A DNA stretch of 32,000 nt from Sinorhizobium meliloti (GTDB lineage: Bacteria > Pseudomonadota > Alphaproteobacteria > Rhizobiales > Rhizobiaceae). Positions 27,653-32,000 of the stretch are shown one piece after another. The stretch spans positions 1,290,001-1,322,000 of the forward strand of contig NZ_JAGIOS010000003.1 in the NCBI RefSeq assembly GCF_017876815.1. Direction: 5' to 3'. Every line of letters begins with the position of its first letter. Position 1 is the stretch's first letter. Under the pieces are notes generated by a model that was not told the DNA's origin, ran no database searches, and was given only the letters and a program-made list of their open reading frames with translations. The position numbers and the translations under genes are program-made.

Positions 27653-28087
27653 ATGGTTGGAAGAAAGCCGAGATTTAGCAAAGAAGAGAAGCTCTCCATG
27701 CTCGTGCCGATGCACAACGGGGAGAACGTCAGCCGTCTGGCCGACGAACTGGGTATTCACCGTCAACGCTTGTATGCTTGGCGTGAGCAGCTACGAACGT
27801 GCGGCAATCTAACGCCGGCCCGGCAGGGACGGCCAAAGAAACAGCCCCCGCCCGAGGCACCGCCGGACCCCCAAACCCTGGCGGCGAGCTTTGCAGTATC
27901 GGCGGAACAGCGTCGTGCGGATGCATTGGCCAAAGCCCGTCGCCGCATTGTCGAACTTGAACGCAGGATTGGCCAGCAACAGGTTGAACTGGATTTTTTT
28001 CAAGAAGCCTTGCGGCATGTCAGGGGCGGTCAACAGCAGAAAGACGCGCCTGGAGGGGCGGCGTCTTCGAAGTCATCCAGAAAATGA
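27653..28087 (+). CDS. IS3-family transposase OrfA (HTH)
   Basis: 144 aa: RKPRFSKEEKLSMLVPMHNGENVSRLADELGIHRQRLYAWREQL plus a leucine-zipper-like tail (ELERRIGQQQVELDFFQEAL). Its stop overlaps the orfB ATG in an ATGA. Confidence 0.75.
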   Translation: MVGRKPRFSKEEKLSMLVPMHNGENVSRLADELGIHRQRLYAWREQLRTCGNLTPARQGRPKKQPPPEAPPDPQTLAASFAVSAEQRRADALAKARRRIVELERRIGQQQVELDFFQEALRHVRGGQQQKDAPGGAASSKSSRK

Positions 28088-28820
28088 CAGCCCGCATGCC
28101 GCAAGGCTCGACAGGAATCGAACAGACGTGCCGTCTGGCTGGCGTTAGCCGGGCGGGGTACTACCGGTATTGGCAGCGATCAGCGCCGCGTCAGGAAGAA
28201 ACCGGTCTACGAGATGTCATCCAAAGGCCGGCCTCGGCGAATCGGCATTATGGATATCGCCGGATTGGCGCTCTTCTAGCCGGGAGGGCTGGCAGGCGAA
28301 CCACAAACGTGTGTTGCGTTTGATGGGAGAGGACAATCTCTTATGTTTGCGCAATCGGCCGTTCGTACCCCGGACCACCGATTCCAAGCATAGCTGGCGC
28401 GTCGTCCCAAACCTGGCTCGGGGGATGGAACTGACAGGGATTAACCAGCTTTGGGTCGCAGACATCACCTATCTGCACCTTGCCGAGCAGTTCGCTTATT
28501 TGGCGGTTGTGCTCGATGCCTTCAGCCGCAAGGTCATCGGGTGGGCACTGGAACTCCACTTGCGGGCCAGCCTTGCAGTCGACGCCCTGAAAATGGCGAT
28601 CTCCGCACGCGCTCCAGTCGCGGGCAGTTTAATTCACCACTCGGACAGGGGAGTTCAATACGCTTGCAGCAGCTATTCTGACATCCTCCACGCGCATGGG
28701 ATCCAGCCGAGTATGAGCCGGGTGGGCAATCCGTATGACAATGCGCGTGCGGAGAGCTTCATGAAAACCTTGAAGCAGGAAGAAGTTGCAGGATTGGCTT
28801 ATCGCGATGCCTCGGACGCC
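28084..28820 (+). pseudogene. IS3-family transposase OrfB (DDE), frameshifted and 3' truncated
   Basis: ANRHYGYRRIGALL is followed by a shift near 28280-28284. Then comes REGWQANHKRVLRLMGEDNLL...LWVADITYL...LAVVLDAFSRKVIGW...IHHSDRGVQY...NPYDNARAESFMKTLKQEEV. The final ~60 aa of a normal OrfB are missing. Confidence 0.75.
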
Positions 28821-28821
28821 C

Positions 28822-29103
28822 GGCGACGTGCTCATTGGACTCGCGGCGCATCAGCCTGTCCTCGCTGTGTACGAAGATGTGCATTGGGCAGATCCGACCT
28901 CGCTGGAACTGCTGGATCTTATTGTTGAACGCGTGCAGGGCTCGCCGGTGCTGGTGCTCATCACATTTCGCTCCGAGTTTCTGCCACCCTGGATGGGCCA
29001 TCCGCATGTTATCGCCTTGACGCTTAGTCGTTTGAGCCGCCGCCAGGGCGCAGATATGGTCGAGAGCCTGACCGTTGGCAGGGCTCTGCCTGCCGAAGTG
29101 CTC
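28822..29103 (+). pseudogene. internal fragment of a large AAA_16-type ATPase (adenylate cyclase/LuxR-associated STAND-like family)
   Basis: VLIGLAAHQPVLAVYEDVHWADPTSLELLDLIVERVQGSPVLVLITFRSEFLPPWMG...LTLSRLSRRQGADMVESL is the Walker B-to-sensor segment of that family. It lacks an N-terminus and C-terminus and is bounded by IS fragments on both sides. Confidence 0.65.
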
Positions 29104-29330
29104 CTGGCCATAGATGAAGCGATAGATCGTCTCGGTTCAGACGCGGACGGCGCTCACACCATCGGCAAGCAGACGGCCGGCGATCTGCTCCGGCGACCAC
29201 GCAGACGCAAGCCGCCGGCCGGTTGGAGCTGGTCAGGGTGTTGATGCTCTGTGACTACTCAAACCCGGACCGATTGGATCTTGTAGATCGGCTCGGCCAG
29301 TCGGAGGACCGCAATTTCCCAGGTTCTGTC
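29104..29330 (-). pseudogene. IS30-family transposase fragment
   Basis: The reverse strand reads WSPEQIAGRLLADGVSAVRV*TETIYRFIYGQE. This is the signature WSPEQIAG...ETIYR.IY block of IS30 transposases, with an in-frame stop. The upstream part is degenerate and the extent is approximate. Confidence 0.55.
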
Positions 29331-29594
29331 GTGGTCTGCCTTAAACGCGCGTTTGATGAAGCAGTCCACCTCAACCCCCTTCGTTACCGGCGGAGACTCA
29401 GAACTGTACGCGCGGTGGAACTTGGCAGAACTGCGGCCCGTCCCTTAGAGAATACGTTGTGAGCGCACGTCACAGATATCGCTCGTCAGTGAGTGACGCG
29501 GTTCCCCATGCCCGAAGAATGCCGAGGCGAATCGACAGCAATCCGATTGCGTTATAGGGTGAACGTTAGCGTCCATTACATGTTGGAGTCCTCT

Positions 29595-30323
29595 TCACTT
29601 CATGGGCACATTCGCGACTAGGTATTTCGGACGATTGCCAAGTTTTGCGATAACCGTGTTTCGCACTTTCGAGTAAATGCTCTCGTTCAGTTCCATGGTC
29701 ACGATTGATGTCGTGATGTTGAAGTCGGCGTCCCACTTCAGAAAACCTGCCACGGCTTTCTCGAATGTGAACTTTAGAAGTGCGATCGATATGTTTGGAC
29801 TGTCGCCAGAAATGTAGCTCGGCCCGACAATGACGACCCCCTCGTCGCCAGCCAAGGCTGCATTGCTCCATATGTTGATTGCACTGCTTGCGGCGGGTAG
29901 CTGTTGAGATGCCACGATGCTGGAGAGGACGAGGTGATCCACATTTTTCGGCATGTACGATGCAATTAGCTCCCCCCAGTTCACCGGTGATGCGGCAACT
30001 TCGGTTCTTTGGCTAAAGTTGCCAATTATCCATCCCACAACTGAGAGCGTGCTGAAAAAAGTCTTTTGCCAATCGCCCGTCGCTGCATGCCTGTTGAAAT
30101 GTTTGTCAGCAGCCAGCTGGGCGAAGAGAAGTGAGTTGCTGATGTCATCGATCATCTGTTTTGCAAGACCATCGTCAAAAGCTAGCAGTGCCCCTTCATT
30201 AACCTGTGCTGAAGGCGCTCCTGCCGGCGAGAACTGCGTCGCTTCGGATGTTGAACCAGTCTCAAGCAAGCGCTCCCGCGCAGAAGGATCAGAGAGCGTA
30301 ATCTCATTGAAATCTACGGACAT
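29595..30323 (-). CDS. unknown protein, paralogue B of a tandem pair
   Basis: The ORF is open to 30356. ATG 30323 (MSVDFNEITLSDP) aligns best with the paralogue's N-terminus, giving 242 aa. It shares AQVNEGAL, NSLLFAQLAADK, DWQK, VGW, LNESIYSKVRNTVIAKLGNR and LVANVP with 30483-31259. No known motif. Confidence 0.7.
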   Translation of the reverse strand: MSVDFNEITLSDPSARERLLETGSTSEATQFSPAGAPSAQVNEGALLAFDDGLAKQMIDDISNSLLFAQLAADKHFNRHAATGDWQKTFFSTLSVVGWIIGNFSQRTEVAASPVNWGELIASYMPKNVDHLVLSSIVASQQLPAASSAINIWSNAALAGDEGVVIVGPSYISGDSPNISIALLKFTFEKAVAGFLKWDADFNITTSIVTMELNESIYSKVRNTVIAKLGNRPKYLVANVPMK

Positions 30324-30482
30324 CACAGGTCTCTTGCTCAGTTTGGGGCGACACACAAGCGCGCTCTCGGCGCAGACTTGGAAGACGCCAGGTGGGACAA
30401 CAATAGATGTGAACGGGCGGTCGTGGCCATCCCCGCAGCTTCTAAATCGGCGACGGCCACGACGTTGTGTCTGCGTCTGGCG

Positions 30483-31259
30483 TTAAATGGGAATGTCTGC
30501 GACTAACTGCGCGGCGCGATCACCGAGTTTATCGATAACAGCCTGCCGAACCTGCGAATAGACGCTATCGTTGAGCACGAATTTGTTGGCAGCGCGCTGT
30601 ATGCGGATGCTAGAGGATTCCCATGTCCACCACAAGAACCGGGAATGAGTGGTGGATGCATTGAACTGCATGCCATCAAGCACCATCACGACGTCCCCGT
30701 TGGGCAGAGCATCGACCGGAAATATTTGGAAATTCCCGTTGTTGCCGTCATTCGACTTTGCATCCCAAATGGTCATTTGTTTTGAATCGTCGCTGAGACC
30801 CTTGAGGCCATTCATCGTCGCCTCTACCATGGCGATCTCGTCTCCGGTTGCAATCGCGGCGAGGATACCCAAGACCGCCTCGTTGAGTTGAACCGTCGAA
30901 CCTCCAGAGGTATAGGTATCGAAAGCAAAGCCCGGCTGGTTCCAGCCAATTTGACCTAGGACATTAATGTAGTTCTTGTACCAGTCCATGGGCGAGTTAT
31001 AACGATCATAAGCGCGGTCTGACGCCAGTTGCGCAAAAAGGGTCGAGTTCTGCACGTCACTTTTGTTCTGGCCAGAAAGATTCTGGGTGAACGAAGTCAG
31101 ACTTCCCGCGTTGACTTGGGCAGTTTGTTTTTTATCTGCCAAAGAGCGGATTGGCGCGGCAGCGTGAGGGAGACCCCGCAGCTTATCCAGCAGCTCCCCA
31201 AGATCGTCGTCGCTAGGAAGTTTTGTTACGGATACGAATTTCAAAGCAGCCGAAGTCAT
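30483..31259 (-). CDS. unknown protein, paralogue A of a tandem pair
   Basis: 258 aa with ATG at 31257-31259. A GGAG (reverse complement of 31268-31271) sits 8 nt upstream. Shared blocks are AQVNAGSL, NSTLFAQLASDR, DWYK, IGW, LNDSVYSQVRQAVIDKLGDR and LVADIP. There is no signal peptide, TM helix or catalytic motif that I recognise. Confidence 0.75.
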   Translation of the reverse strand: MTSAALKFVSVTKLPSDDDLGELLDKLRGLPHAAAPIRSLADKKQTAQVNAGSLTSFTQNLSGQNKSDVQNSTLFAQLASDRAYDRYNSPMDWYKNYINVLGQIGWNQPGFAFDTYTSGGSTVQLNEAVLGILAAIATGDEIAMVEATMNGLKGLSDDSKQMTIWDAKSNDGNNGNFQIFPVDALPNGDVVMVLDGMQFNASTTHSRFLWWTWESSSIRIQRAANKFVLNDSVYSQVRQAVIDKLGDRAAQLVADIPI

Positions 31260-31447
31260 TTACCAGTCTCCTATCCTTAGAGTGGCAGGCGTGGAATGAT
31301 TTATTTCGATGTGCAGCAGATCGCAGACGTGCGTTGAGCCCGTCAGTTCTACCCCTTGAGAGAGTGGACTTTATCGGATTTTGGAAGCCGTTAAAGAACA
31401 AGAGCGAGCCCTTAACGTCTACCCACGGGCGAGCCTTGCATTTAAAT

Positions 31448-31476
31448 ACACTACCTGGGCGCCGCTTGTTTGGCAA
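31448..31476 (-). promoter_or_regulatory. candidate sigma70-type promoter for the paralogue pair
   Basis: The minus strand reads TTGCCA (reverse complement of 31471-31476), a 17-nt spacer, then TAGTGT (reverse complement of 31448-31453). This is ~190 nt upstream of the ATG at 31259. It is a pattern match only. Confidence 0.25.
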
Positions 31477-31739
31477 CCATAAATAGTACCATTAATACTA
31501 TGTGGATCACAGATGGTACCCCTAGCTATCTACTGAGTTCAGAGCAGCAACGAAACAGAAGACCTCGATACGACGAGGCTTCGTAAGCGGCAAGGAGACC
31601 CCATCTGGCGTAGGGGTTGGCGGTCGGATATCGGTAGCACACGTTGTGAGCCGAAGTGAGCTTCTATGTCTGCGCCTAGTTCTGGAACTAGAACCTTCCA
31701 TATGATCGAAGCGGTCGCCGAGCGACTTGAGGGGTGATC

Positions 31740-32000
31740 TGAACCCTTCAAACTGGACCGATTTTGGTTAGAGTTTTCCGGTGATTTTTCCTGGGAAAGG
31801 GACGGAAGGCGATGAAGGCATGGCAATTTCGAACGCGCAGAAAGCGTTCATTCTGAAGCAGGGTGATGAAGGGTGACGGTTGCGGAGATCTGCCGCAAGG
31901 CGGGGATCAGCCAGGCGACCTACTTCAATTGGAAAAAGAAATATGCCGGTCTGTTGCCGCCGGAGATGGAAGCTGAAGCAGCTCGAGGACGAGAATGCGA
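31740..32000 (+). mobile_element. left end of an IS3-family element (continues beyond the window)
   Basis: A putative terminus, TGAACCCTTCAAACTGGACCG, starts at 31740, and orfA begins ~80 nt later. Confidence 0.6.
31822..32000 (+). pseudogene. IS3-family OrfA, frameshifted (partial)
   Basis: MAISNAQKAFILKQGDEG is followed by a stop. The next frame reads TVAEICRKAGISQATYFNWKKKYAGLLPPEM, and the third frame reads KLKQLEDENA. The shifts coincide with the G runs at 31871-31873 and 31968-31969. Confidence 0.65.

Larger units (their letters stand above)
27607..28820 (+). mobile_element. IS3-family element, 3' truncated
   Basis: A putative left terminus, TGAGACATATTAAGTAGCGGACAG, starts at 27607. 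The orfA/orfB pair follows. The orfB sequence ends abruptly near 28820, where an unrelated ATPase fragment begins. No right terminus is present. Confidence 0.7.

Noticed and set aside
1-32000. CRISPR arrays, rRNA or tRNA genes, long tandem repeats
   Set aside because: Scanning by eye found no regularly spaced direct repeats, no rRNA-like conserved blocks and no cloverleaf candidates. The only short repeats are the 12-nt GGGCGTTTTTCA duplication at 17404-17433, which lies inside coding sequence and encodes KNA twice, and the IS termini.

Overview
This is 32 kb of high-GC accessory DNA full of IS elements. It looks alphaproteobacterial, probably Rhizobiales-like; I infer this from the IS66/IS21/IS3/IS5 content, a Tat-exported tyrosinase and the XRE regulators. 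It falls into three blocks. (i) 1-14.9 kb resembles a defence island. It holds an unknown partial ORF, a frameshifted Mrr-nuclease/P-loop NTPase fusion and two small envelope proteins. It also holds a complete Type II R-M pair (gamma-class N6-adenine MTase with NPPY plus a PD-(D/E)xK-like REase), a ~945-960 aa NB-ARC/TPR STAND NTPase with an unassigned N-terminal domain, and an AAA_13/ABC-type ATPase cleanly split by an IS5-family element with a TTA target duplication. (ii) 15-26 kb holds decaying accessory genes: an IS66 tnpA stub, frameshifted alpha-carbonic anhydrase, pectate lyase and GGDEF-EAL genes, a 5' fragment of a group II intron, two paralogous XRE regulators, and an intact Tat-tyrosinase operon. 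(iii) 26-32 kb is a graveyard of IS21/IS3/IS30 fragments plus a captured AAA_16 ATPase fragment. These flank an intact tandem pair of divergent paralogous ~242-258 aa proteins that I cannot assign to any family. That pair, together with the N-terminal domain of the STAND protein, is my best candidate for something undescribed. I saw no rRNA, tRNA or CRISPR array. All family assignments come from reading motifs by eye, not from database searches.
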